Shown: positions 27,305 through 40,061 of the stretch, in pieces | Layout of the letters: each line of letters starts with the position of its first letter | How positions within the stretch are numbered: the stretch's first letter is position 1 | Origin: Paramecium tetraurelia | Lineage: Eukaryota | DNA length: 64,000 bases | Assembly (NCBI GenBank): GCA_000165425.1 | Contig: CT868045.1 | Span: forward strand, 124,001 to 188,000 | Direction: 5' to 3' | Translations under genes and position numbers: made by a program | The notes under the pieces: model-generated | What the model saw: only the letters and a program-made list of their open reading frames with translations | Databases searched by the model: none | Told to the model about the DNA's origin: nothing

Positions 27305-29939
27305 TCATCTGTGTCCTTTCGGTGGCAACTATTATGCTGATCTTATTGGTCTCACAGAATTAGATTGTTGCGATTAATTATCAAACTATTTCATTGACTT
27401 TTGAATCTGCTTATTCAATCTCAAATTTAATTCTTGATCTTCTTAACTATCCTCTGCCTCCTCATCATACAGGTTGTGTTATTCATAGAACTCCCTATCT
27501 TCCTTGCTCATCTTCTTATTCTATTTCTTCTCCTCAAATAGCAACTCCCCTATATCCTACTCCTCCAAAGTGTAATGCTACAATAATTGTTGTTCATCGA
27601 ACTATCTCATTGTATTCGAGTATTTCTTAGCCGACTACGGCAATTTAGGTAATACCTATTGAGTATTTGACCCATATTGGGGAGCTGCTGATTGAATATC
27701 CCTCTTTTTGGCATCAATTTTCGGTTTAACAGCCTTATATTTTGTGGTTTCCTTATATTTGTTGAAGTCTATCATTTGATTCAATTCATGCTTTGTACAC
27801 TTGGGAGAGTAAGCCTCTATTTCTTTGACTTACTCTTCAAATGTATTATGCATATTAACATACTGAGGATCAAATATCTCCATCCATTCAGGAGGGAAGG
27901 GATTGCAATTGTAGTAATTGTCATCAGGAAAGTATACGTTATTATATTTATACAGATTCAATTTGCCAGTATTATATTGTCCATCACAAAACTAAAGATA
28001 GAGAAATATAATTACCAATCCAACTTAGAGATTCAATATGCAATAATGGCCATTTGCAAAAAACAATAGAACTTAAGCTCTGTGTCTCTGACCTCCCATC
28101 TATGAATTTTTAAAGTGATGTATGGTTTTTGTAGATCCCTCTGCCACGTAATTAACCCACTCTGAACCTTAACACAATCTCATCTTAATCTCTGTTTCTG
28201 AGAGGAACTTCTCAATGTCTGTAGTTTCACTAAAAAAGTAATGGACTCTGATGACATTCAATTTTAGATTCTCATCGTTGACTTAAGCAAATTAATCATC
28301 GATTTATCCTTCTGGAATATCGATAGAATCTGATCTCTCAATTCCACTAAATCTAAGTTATTTTTATTGTGATTGTGAAGTTTGTTATTTATTTGATTTC
28401 AAAGTTTAATAGTTATCGTCTTTGATGATGTGTGTTTTAAATGATGATTTTGATTGATGTAAACGATATTGCAAAACTATGTTCTTTAGGTCGGTAACAG
28501 GATTACCATTTAGATCTATCAATTTCTTACCTTACAAATCGACCATCTCTAAATAGAAGAGCAACCTCCATTGATATAGTTATTCATTCAATAAAGCTGG
28601 TCTATGTTTTGGTTTACTATCCATAGGAACTCTGATGATAGCATCCCCTAATGGAATGTTCTATGCTATGGCGAATTTCTGCTCAATTTCAACTAATTCG
28701 TGTTCTCCAACGATCAACATATAACAAACATCACATACTCTACAAGGTCTGGTAGATAAATGAGATACTTTTATATTGGTCAAGTATTTATTTCGCTTTT
28801 TTAAATGTTACACTAATTCCCATAATAACTTATAGGTAAGTGTTTTGCTCGCATCGTCTTTTTTGAATATGATGCCACACAACTTGCAATAGACTGAACA
28901 AGTCAATTGATCAAGTGTCTTCTTTCCTTAGCCCACTCCCTGAATTTCACTCATGGAGATAGCATTTTCCATAATCAATTATTTGCAATTGAATAACCAG
29001 ATTCTTCCCTCTGGATCTTAGAGAAAGTCAAAGACACCCGTTTTGATTCTGACAGGGTAATTCTTCTCCAAATAGGTGACAATCTATTCGCAAACCTTCT
29101 CGTATTCATAGAGTCCCACTCCCTTGATTTATTGAATGGTGAATGAGTTTTATTGTTCTGTGTTGATGGTGGTTTTATTGGTGATAGATTTTTTGGGATT
29201 GGGATCGTATAATTCCATAACGTTCATGATTCGATAACCGTAATTGGCATGGGAGGATTTTGAATTCTTAGTGTAGAATACTAATCGAACTATGGTTGCT
29301 TTCATTACCCTTGAGATTACGAATCGCTGCTCTAATTTATTGTTATCTAATTAAACTTTTCTCTCTTTTTATTATCGGAATGTGTAGACAGCCTTAGACA
29401 TATTCCAATCCTACCCTGTTTGACCTCTACTTATTATGTACGGATTATCCTAATTCGTAAACACATTGGTTCTCGCATCAAATCTGTCATCTTTAACATG
29501 ACGTTTCAAATATTCCTCGTGAAATTGATGCACCTAATTTAATGGACTTATACTTTATTCTCGAAATCCTAATATCCTATGTCCGTCTTTCTCATCAATT
29601 AGCCCGTTGTTGGGTCCGTGTACATCAAAATGTATGTTTATTCAAAACACATTACACTTTCAGGGATGTTGACTCTTATTTGTTCAGTCGGCAATTTTCC
29701 CAGAGCCAAAGCCTTGTAGAAAAATATTCCTATTAAAGGTTAATGGATTCAAATTAACCTGGTTTGATGGGCCATTTTTGATAATAGTCATCATTCGGAG
29801 GATTGAATAGAATTTTATTCAGAATCTATTGCCAATGCCTCTCCTTCTTCTCGGCTTCAGTTTCTATCTTTGGAGGACTCAATTGCACCGGTTTCTTTTG
29901 GGTGATTTGGGCCTCTGTTAATAAAAATGTATCAGCCAT
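27305..29939 (-). CDS. Hypothetical protein with split Cys cluster (CSVYCKLC...CRVCDVC), possible Zn-binding
   Basis: ATG 29939 MADTFLLTEAQITQKK; Cys motifs ~28730-28900; acidic/Gln-rich tail; ends LPPKGHR-TGA. Confidence 0.6.
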
Positions 29940-30253
29940 TTTATATTATAATTTAAATATTTCAACTCTATAGTTTATGATAATTTATTGTGCATTACCT
30001 TAATTGTAATTTAAGATTGGTGCCATACTCACTCGTTTCTATTGTTCCACTTCTGAGTTTACCCCTTGTCCCCTCCTTTTCCATTGAATTAATTCTCAAA
30101 TTGTGCATAGATAAATTGCATCTTCGTTGACGCTTACTGAAAGAAATGCTTATTGGCTCATAATATAAATAAGGTCCAAATTTAATTAAATCAGTATTCT
30201 TGTTATTAACTAAATAGGGAACTTTGGGAAATTTATTATATCAAACAATAAAA

Positions 30254-32638
30254 ATGATTTCGTAGTAACACATTCTTATGAGTGATATTTGCTAATTGGG
30301 ATTGCTAGTTTACATCAATCTAGGTACGCATTTTCAAATTAAGATAGCCAACTCATTTCTTTAACTCTTCCTTCAAAGTATTCTTTATTCAAGTGGAATA
30401 ATCATCTCGCTTTTATGCTACTTTTTGAAAAAGGATACTTGGAATAAAAAGTTGGAAATCATAGGCATAATCTTGAAGATCATCTCGTTGTGGTTTGCGT
30501 AATAAGAAAGTTAGGAATTCATGCTTTGCTCATTAATTTAAAGCTAAATGTTTTTTAAATCTATTGACATAATAAAACAGCCACAATATCCAATTATGAT
30601 TGTGTTTTAAATGGCTTTCAATATTTTTCAGATCAGAGGAGTCATCAATAACATTACGATAACATCCCTAAATTTAGTCTAGGTTATTATATTTATTGTA
30701 TGGTTATACAGAGTGTAAAAACACAATATAATAATAGATTAGAGAGTTAAATTGTAAGAAGCCAATGTTATTATAGAAATTGATGAAGGCAGGGATTCTT
30801 TAAAATAACATTAGAAATTCATTCAAACTTCCTCAACAAAAAGAGTGATTCTGCCTCAGAATTCCTTAATATTCAATTAAGAATTGGAACTGATAGACTG
30901 CTAAATGGAGTTCGAGAAATTGATGAATCATCAAAGCTATTGTGATTAGGCGATTCAAATAATGTTAAGTTTAAGGTTAAATTATATTTTCGAGAATTAA
31001 ATCAAGTCTTGCGAATTAAAATAATTAATGGAGCAATTATCGCTAGATCAAAGGATTTTGGGAGTCATCGATAAAAACGATTACATAAAATACGAAGATC
31101 ATTTAGTGCTTCTGAGTTGTTTATTATATGAGGACATCAAATGTTATTAGATTCAAATAGAGCAGGTGCCATTCAAATTGAAGAAGATAGAAATGGAGGA
31201 ATCTATGGAAGTGGATATGTGTAGATCCTTGTCTCACGAACTGGGAACCAATTTAAACAGCATAATTACATTTACAGCTATGGCTTTGGAAGACGATAAA
31301 GTGGATAAGTACACTAAATTGAAGTTTTTGGATCCTATATGGATTAATTGTGAGTAATTAAGTCTAATAGTTGGGTCAATACGAGATTATAATTTAATTA
31401 ATTTGTAGCAATTTTCATTAAAATTAGAAGAATTGGATGTAGAACAAGAAATTAAATTTATGGTATCTTTATTTTCAGAAAGCATTGAAAGTAAATAAAT
31501 AAAAGTAGATTATAAATTTGATTTGCAATGTTTTACTTTAGTGGGAGACAAAACAAGATTCCGATAAGTTCTATTTCAATTACTTTAAAATGCCATAAAA
31601 TATACATTTCAATCATCCATTACGATCGTAGTCGTCAATGACAATTTGGAGTGCAAGGTATTGATTGAAGATGATGGTGTTGGGATGGTAAAGATTTAAT
31701 AAATCAATTAGAGTGAAGATGAGGCAAATAATTTAAATTCGTTATTGAAATCCAACAAGTTCATTCGAGTCTCAGAACAATCTGTGGGTATTGGATTGGG
31801 TTTAGGAATATCGAATCAATTGGTCAAGAAAATGGGGAATCAAGACAATCAAATAGAACTAAAGAGGATGGCCAAAGGATGTTAATTCAGTTTTGCCATA
31901 AAAAACCATTTTTATGAATTAACCAAAGAGTTCACGAGGAAGAAATCATCTCGATTGACTAATAGAAGCAATTAAACAATTAGATTTATTTCTGCCAATT
32001 CTTATTTCGAGAATTAGATCAAGGAATAATCTATTTGTTTGAAAGGAAGTATCAATCAAAATAATACAAAAATGTATGTGATTCCATCAACAAAATAAAT
32101 TAGTTTGAGTCACGAGATTAAAAGTTAAAAAGAAGAAGATAGCGTTTTATCAATTCATCCCCCAATTTTAAGTCCCAAATTTTAATAATCTATAATCCAA
32201 TGCAGTTTAAAAAGCGATTGTTGTTCAAGAGTATTAATTGTTGATGATGAATATTTCAACATTTAATGTTTAAAATTGTTAATGACTAAATATTAATCAA
32301 AATGTGATTCTGCTTATAATGGAAGCGAAGCAATAAACTAAGTGTTGAATAAGAAAAACAACGCCTGCAAAATTTGTGGAAATAAATACTATAGTTTGAT
32401 ATTTTTAGATATCAATATGCCAATTATGGATGGATTTAATACTGTGAAAGAATTAAAGAGAATGATGGGCTAATAGATCATTAATAAGGCATTTTGCATA
32501 GCGAACACTGGGTTTTGTGATTTGGAGACTAAATTGAAGAGTTATGAGTCAGGGATGGACTACTATTTAACTAAACCTTTAGATTAGAATGAATTGAATT
32601 CGATTTTGAATGATATATTTCCTATGATTGACTACTGA
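30254..32638 (+). CDS. Membrane hybrid histidine kinase (TM - HisKA - HATPase - receiver)
   Basis: SLSHELGTNLNSI, DKTRFRQVLFQLLQNAIKYT, IEDDGVGM, GIGLGLGIS, VLIVDDEYFN, IFLDINMPIMDG, YLTKP; start inferred by comparison with the paralogue. Confidence 0.9.
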
Positions 32639-32747
32639 TTATAATGAATATGTACTATAATTAATTAAATTGAATTGTGTATTGGGGATGTTAATATGAA
32701 AAAAAATTAAATCATTTTAAATAAATTATTAAAAAATAAAAATTCTT

Positions 32748-33150
32748 ATGCCATCAAAGAGAAGAAATAATGGTCGTTCCAAGAAAAATAGAGGACATGT
32801 CAAACCAGTTACATGCTCCAATTGTTGCAGATTAGTTGGCAAAGATAAGGCCATCAAGAGATTCACAGTCAGAGACATTGTTGATGCATCATCAAAAAAG
32901 GATATCTTGGAAGCATCAGCTTATGACACCAAATAATAATAGTCAATTCCAAAATTGTTCGACAAACTCTAAGTAGTGTTTATATTAACCAGAATAGTAT
33001 TGCGTATCATGTGCTATCCATGCTCGTATTGTGAGAGTCAGATCTTCTGAGGACAGAAAAATTCGTGTCATTGAAAGAAAACGACCTGTTTAATAAACAA
33101 CTTAAAAAAAGGATGCCCCCAAGGTTTAAGCTCCAGTCGCAGCTCAATGA
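32748..33150 (+). CDS. RPS26: 40S ribosomal protein S26 (eS26)
   Basis: [46 protein letters not shown]; intron 32973-32997. Confidence 0.97.
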
Positions 33151-33258
33151 TCTATATATTACAAACATACATTAATAAATTTAAATTTCCTATTCAATCA
33201 AGGGCTTTCTAATTATGTGAGTATAAATAATTTAAAAAAAAATTAATATCTTCAAAAA

Positions 33259-33759
33259 ATGACACATAGTTATGGTTTGAAAAAAGGTACAAGAAGCAAG
33301 TTTGCTAAACCCTTCAGAGGACATGGAAACATTAGCATTCGCAAAACACTCCAAACCTTCAAAAGAGGTACATTCCCATCATGAATCTTAGGTGATTTCG
33401 TCGATATTTTGGTTGATGGTGCATAACACAAGGGTGTCCCCTTCTAATATTATCATGGACGTACTGCCAGAGTATTCAATGTCAATCCAAGAGGAATTGG
33501 TGTCTCATTACAAAGAAGAGTCAGAGGTAGATATGTCGAGAAGAGATTCCATGTCAGAGCTGATCATTTGAGACCATCAAAATGCAGAGAGGAATTTGTT
33601 AAGAGAGTCCAAGAGAACGATAAAAAGAAAACAGAAGCCAATAAATAAAAAAAACATATTTCAACCAAAAGACAACCAGTCCTCCCAAGAAATGCTGAAG
33701 TCGTCAAACCAACAGCTACAGTCTTTTAACATCCAAAAGCATTTGTAGAAATTATTTGA
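33259..33759 (+). CDS. RPL21: 60S ribosomal protein L21 (eL21)
   Basis: [52 protein letters not shown]; intron 33368-33391. Confidence 0.97.
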
Positions 33760-33963
33760 AATATAATACAATAAGTATATCTATACATCAATATTTAATA
33801 TTAATTATTAGATGATCAACAAGAACAGTCTTTACTCCTTTTTCGAATGATCCTTCTCTTCTCTCATTACTTTCCACCTCCATTCCTCCTTTGAATTTCA
33901 TTATATGAGATTTATAATATTGCTTAGATTAATATTATTTATAATTTTTGAGAATATTCATAG

Positions 33964-35707
33964 ATGTAATCCAAAGACTTTTAATTGTAATTAGATTTTT
34001 AAGCTTTAAGAGAATCATAAATACAACTGGACAATATTATTGATCAAATTTAAAAATAAAAACAATCACAATCCTTAAAATTAAATTAACTTTCATCATC
34101 CAATTTCGAATTCACTTAAACCTTATAGTAATTTGCTATTTCCAATTCCCCCATCAAAGACACTGATAATAATAGTAAATTACCCAATTCAAAGGATTCT
34201 GAATAAGAGAAGCTGAAAATTTAGAAGGCTGATGATTTGAAAAAGAAAGGGAACAATTACTATTGTAATGCTAATTATTAATAAGCCATCCTCATGTATA
34301 CTGAGGCTCTGCAATTGATTTAAGATAATGTGGTCTTATGGCTCAATAGAGCTATCTCATATATCAAATTAAATTAATTTCATCAAGCAATTGAAGATTG
34401 TTCAAAAGTATTGGAAATTGCTAATTAAGGGAAGGATGCCTTGAAGGCCAATAGTGATAACTGTTTTAAAGCATACTTAAGAAGAGCATTTGCATACTTT
34501 AAGGTGAATTAATTTGCTCTCGCTCTATCCGATATTGAGTAGGCCTTGATTATTGATCCAAAGAGTTTAGAAGCTGAGAAGTTGAAAATGGATGTTGAAA
34601 GATAATGTGTACAAAAATAGAAGAGTTAATAAGAGATCAATAATGTTACTCCCAAGAAAAAGATTGTTGATTCAGAATTGAATTATTAGGACGTTATTGA
34701 CAACTTCTTTTAACAAAAAGACAACTTTGATCTCTTTCGAGCATTATAAGTGATGTAGAAGAATACTGATGAAGCAGCTGCCTATTTCTATGATAAGAAG
34801 GGAATTGAAACTTTAATATAAATAATTTAATCGGATGAAGAAGTCTAACATGATTAATACAACGTATTTTATCTTAAAAAATTAGTTGATGGCTAGTCTC
34901 CCAGCAATGATCTTATAATGCTATTAAGAAAACAACTAGTTATACTAAGAGTAATTCATAAGAAAATACAATGGAGTTGATCTCTTGATTCAGAAAATAA
35001 TCAGCTTGCTAGATAAGGCCAATAATAAAAAGAATTCAGCAATTTACGATTGCATCAAAGATTATATTGATGCTTTAAATATTATGACAGATAACAAAAT
35101 AAGGAATCTTATTTAATCAAATCCAAATTTTGAAACCAAATTTTATTCTTAAATATTCTGTCCAATCCTAAGTCTACATCAAACTGAAATCGAACTAACA
35201 ACCTCATTATTAAGTTTAAGTGCCAACCTATGTTTTGATGTAAATAGTTCCATTAGAATTGTATTTTATAACAAATTTGATGATATGATAATTGCAGTGA
35301 TTCAAATTTTAGAAAATGCTAAATTGAGTCTCTCCTCATGTAATTTACTAGTATAATTGTTTAATTATTTGTCAAACTTGTTAATTGAAGAGTAATTTAG
35401 ACAAAAATTTCTGAGCCAAGACTTCAATAAAGAATTTTTTAAATAGTTTTTCGATATTTTAAAAAAACTTGATTTGCATTTTAAAGAACTGTTATAAATT
35501 TAATTAGGCTTTCTAATTAATCTTTTGTATCAAAATGAGATAATCCATTCCGAGTATCTGATATTTGAATTGAGAACTCTGCCTAGCTTATTTGCATAAT
35601 TTAGTCTATCTAAAGATGCGATAATTTTGGAAAGAATAGAAATTCTTCAATCCTTTTTATAGATTCGAAAATATTATTTATTTAATTAGAAAACCAAAAG
35701 CAATTGA
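33964..35707 (+). CDS. TPR + ARM-like helical repeat protein (TTC12-like)
   Basis: Three TPRs (ADDLKKKGNNYY..AILMYTEAL; LWLNRAISYIKL; KAYLRRAFAYFK) followed by Leu-rich ARM-like helices. Confidence 0.7.
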
Positions 35708-36688
35708 GATGAAAATAAGTTGATAATTTAATTCAATTTGATGTGTTTATATTTTATTATATAGTATTATAAACAATTAGAATTCTTATTAATTATTTAT
35801 ATTAGATTTGGAAGTTTGATTGTTTAGAACAATGATTTCTAAAGAATGAATTCATCAAGGTAATTTTATTTGATAGAAGAACACCTATCTTAATGAAGTC
35901 ATTATTTTTAATTTCAAATCAATTAATTACTCAGTTTAACTCATAAGCATTGTAAAAATACTAAGTTCTTAGAGATTGAAACAAATATTGAAATATCATG
36001 GATTCTTGAAAGTGGATAATAATTGATGAATTAAGTGAAAGGTAAGAAAAAAATCATTCAGTATGATATTTAATTACTGAAATTTTACCACAAATAACAA
36101 ATAGATAGTTGGTATAAGTAAATGGATGTCTGACTATGGTAATAGTATTATTTTAGAAAGTTGATATACTGTTATGTGCAACTTAAAGGAATTGTTAAAA
36201 TCCTTCAGATCTATAACTATATTAAGACATACTAAGTTTAATGTTTGGATATCTAAATTTAATTACAATTTAATCAGAAATAGTTTTCTGGAATAATTCC
36301 TTATTTTTATAATAAGGAGATTTATCAAGAATTTTTAATGAAGAATTGAAATTAATTAAAAATCAATTTATCAATAAAAACAAGAACTATAATAGCATCT
36401 AAGATCAGAAATTTACTTGCCTTATGAAGTGGAAAAAAAAGACGATCAATTCCTGGTTTAAAGATTTTGAATATATTCTATATATGAAATTTGCACTTCA
36501 ATCAAAAGAAATAAATTATAATTTCAAAATATTTAATCAACTACCAAGCGGGTTTAAAACTAAAACAAGGGGCTGTTCTAGGTTCTTTAGAGTTTTAAAA
36601 TCTTGTAATTAGATGCCACATTACAAAAGCATTAAAGTTAACTGATTTCTACTTTTAACTGCTCTTATTCTTAATCCTAATTCCAATA

Positions 36689-36997
36689 ATGACCGACTTA
36701 ATTAATTTAATAGTAAAATGTATAATGTAGAACCCATCAGTTTATCAAAATCATAAACTTCAGAATGCTGCTTAAATAACAGAAGTACCACTTTAGCACA
36801 TAATAAGATAATCGCTTTTGAAAAACGCATAAAATCTTTGTAGAGTCATTTACCTAGATTTTTAAGAAGTGAACTTCTTTATAACCATTTTGGAATATTG
36901 CGTTGGGTATTTTGAATAACAGAAGCTGATTGGTTTGAAAGAATACTATCTTAAATAATTTTTGCATTGTCTGTTAAAGCACCTCGGATATAAATGA
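36689..36997 (+). other. Possible ~102-codon ORF or pseudogene remnant
   Basis: Open frame MTDLINLIVKC...LLKHLGYK-TGA in a long intergenic stretch; no recognisable motif. Confidence 0.25.
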
Positions 36998-37158
36998 GGT
37001 ATATATTTTGACAGACATATTGATTACAACGCTAGAGTCTGAAATAGTTTGTCTGACAGCAGCAAACTTAATATAGAATGATGACAAAAAAAGAGAGAAA
37101 AATGATGAAAGTTCATAAGAGATCTACTTATATGTTTTAATTCAATTTATTATTAAAT

Positions 37159-37455
37159 TCATATTCCTTTTTTCAATATTGAAGTAGTTGGATATCTAAA
37201 GAGTTTAAGGTTTGTTCCAGTTTGTTTTTGGTAGAGAATCAAATCCTCGCTCACCATAACTGGAGGATCTGATTCTTCAAACAAGAGGACAACTTCTAAT
37301 TCATTGAAACTGACTTTTCTTGATTCCTTTTTTTCGGAATTCAATCTATTGATAAAAAAGGTTTCTCTAAATTCTTTGACTTGAGAAATACTCGGCTCAT
37401 CTTCATAATATACTTCATCTATGGATGTGTCTGTGCTGGTGTATGAGCATTGCAT
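37159..37455 (-). CDS. Small protein (98 aa) with RVxF and SILK motifs, candidate PP1 interactor
   Basis: MQCSYTSTD..ESRKVSFNELEVV..TTSILKKGI-TGA; intronless. Confidence 0.65.
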   Translation of the reverse strand: MQCSYTSTDTSIDEVYYEDEPSISQVKEFRETFFINRLNSEKKESRKVSFNELEVVLLFEESDPPVMVSEDLILYQKQTGTNLKLFRYPTTSILKKGI

Positions 37456-37743
37456 AGTTTGAATATTTTTATTAATATTAATAAGATTTGTGGTGTAATT
37501 ATCAACAACATTAAAAAGTGAGATTACATCTGTATATAAATTTAATTTCAATTATAATCTAAAAATACCAAATATTTATGAGTGATTATTATTGATTTTT
37601 ACATAATAAATTGAGTTTATTAAATTAATTAAAATGTTTGTAAGTTACTAAATCCATTAAACTTCATTCTCTTTTATGTATAAGAATAAAAAGCGATTTA
37701 CATAAATGTTAACAATTAATTTATAAAATGAGTTGTAATGATA

Positions 37744-38638
37744 TCAATTCTTCTTCTGATTAAACTTCCCATTTGATATTTGAACCTTCTCCAATCCATT
37801 TTTCTTATTTATTTATTATTTATTATCTTTCAGAATTGACTCCAAGAACTTCCGATCAGAGTATCTGTTTAATAGCTCTTTTGAATCATTTCCATTCTAT
37901 TATTAATATTGATGCTTGAAATTTTTCATCAAAATTAGAGTGTCCTAATACACATCTTAATTAATTGATTGTATGTTAGTCACTTCGCATTTGCCTACTT
38001 TTTGGGGTGAATACTACTGAGTGGCTCCCGAATTGAGTTTTTACATATTATCAACACATCTATCGTACCACTCTGAGAGATAAAGGAATATGTGATGTTT
38101 CTCCTTTGAAAAATATTTTAAATTAAGATACTTTAATCTTAAGCTTGGGATTTAGACGAAGCTTCGATTATGCTGTCACATCTAATTGAGACTACTACGG
38201 CACCAACAAAGGATTCAGCAACACTGTGGCCTATATTGGCATACTTCATTTTATATTTATGGTATATACATGACTTCATCAATTTACTTTGGACCTTCTT
38301 GAGTCTCACTGCTCTTTGTCTCCTGGTTTGGCTTGAATAATAAGCTTTAAATACCTTGGAACGCTTTCGTTTCAATAAGGCTGCCTTAATAAAAACTAAA
38401 GTTAAAGGTGACTTACCTCCTCTAATTTTTGTTATTCTTCTATCCTCTGCAAATACGATTTCAATTTTCTCTCCTCTCTGCTTGATGCCTGTTCCTTTAT
38501 GTAATAATTTTAATTTGATGATTATTTCCTATTCCCCAATCGATGAACCTTATATTATTTCCTCTATTGTCCTTCCTATGAAGATGGTTGACTGAGGTTA
38601 TCCAGACTTTCAGGCTTAGATAGATCATTCGCACTCAT
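37744..38638 (-). CDS. Hypothetical protein
   Basis: MSANDLSKPEKSGQP..; three or more tiny introns; ends FNQKKN-TGA. Confidence 0.6.
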
Positions 38639-39126
38639 TTTTTTATTTTATTAAATTCAAGATTTTTAATGAATTTTTAAGCCCTTTAATATTTTTATTT
38701 CCTCAATAATCCTCAACACACTATCATTTCACATAAATCCCTTTTTTCTCTCTATTGATCTATCTTTTTTATTACTAATTTATATATATTATTTATTTAA
38801 TTACAAATAATTAACAGCCAAATACACTATCTTCTACTCAAATCCATATCTCCAAATCCCTCCACCTCCATTAAATTACTTCTCCATGTTATTTTTATTT
38901 CATTATAAATTTCTATCTTCTCTTCACAAAGACTTAATAAATACATTAATAATTTTGGTATTATAAACAAAAAAACTTCATTCATTCACTAATTCAAATT
39001 TTATAAATTTGAGTCTCCCTCGCTTTTCCACATTATGGTATTAAACCAAACTTAGAAAATACACAAACAAGTCATGATTATTAAATAAATTTATATTTTT
39101 TATAAATTGATTTATTCATAAAACAA

Positions 39127-39977
39127 ATGCTCATCGCATTCTTTTTAGCGTTTTAGCATGTCTTAGCAGATTGCATAGAAAATTCATATTTCACTTATCC
39201 AAATTAGGCTGAATGGGTTTATGTATTCATCTTCTTTATTTACTATTAGGCTGTAAAGAGAATCTCAATTAAATTAGAGGGAGAATATGTAATAGGATAT
39301 GGAGATGATTATGAAGTCAAAGATAAATCAAAGATTTAAATCAAATAAGTACCAGGAGGCTTAACATTTGGACCATCTAATTTTGAGATATATTGTCCAG
39401 CTCTTCACAAATTATCCAATAAAGATTTAGTGAAATGCGAAATCCAATTAAACATGAAAGAAATAAATGCCACCTCTGTTCCTTCTAAAGCATTGTTTGT
39501 ATTCTCAGTAGAAATAGATAATGGCCTTAAAGAAAACCCTGTGTTTGCAATTGAAAACAATTTCTAAATGAGATTGAAAGATTTTGCTAAATAATTGGAA
39601 AATATGGCATATTACCTTGAGTACGAGAATTGTGATCAAATGGTCTATTTATTGCCAGATTCATTACCAATTTCATCAGAACAGGTTGCATTGCTCTAAA
39701 AATACTCAAAAACGTTACCTGATGATAGTCCAACAACCTAAATAACCGAGTCAATCAAGGGGTAACTGTTTGTTGAAAATTTCTCAATCGATTCAGGTTC
39801 AAAAACTCATCTTTATGGTCTCGCCGCCATCATTATTGGTGTAATAATATTGGCAGCAATCAGAGCTTTTAAGTAAATATGCTTCGAGTATTTTATAGCA
39901 AAAAGCGAGAATAATCATAATAGAATGATCCTACTAAACAACCATTAAATGAATAAGAACTACCAAAGTTAGCTTGA
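39127..39977 (+). CDS. Type-I membrane protein with degenerate alpha-carbonic-anhydrase-like domain
   Basis: Signal peptide; FTYPNQAEW, FEIYCPALHKL, CEIQLNM, LFVFSV, ENCDQMVYLLPDSLPISSEQVALL parallel alpha-CA motifs; C-terminal TM LYGLAAIIIGVIILAAI. Confidence 0.6.
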
Positions 39978-40061
39978 TCCTATATTTTTATGCATTTTTT
40001 ATATCATCAAATTTCTTATCATTTTGAACAAATATTTTATTATTATAAATATAAACAAAGG

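Noticed and set aside
29977..30253. ATG at 29977 as start of the first histidine kinase
   Set aside because: TGA occurs in all three plus frames by ~30140 and no plausible intron rescues it; ATG 30254 matches the paralogue's N-terminal length
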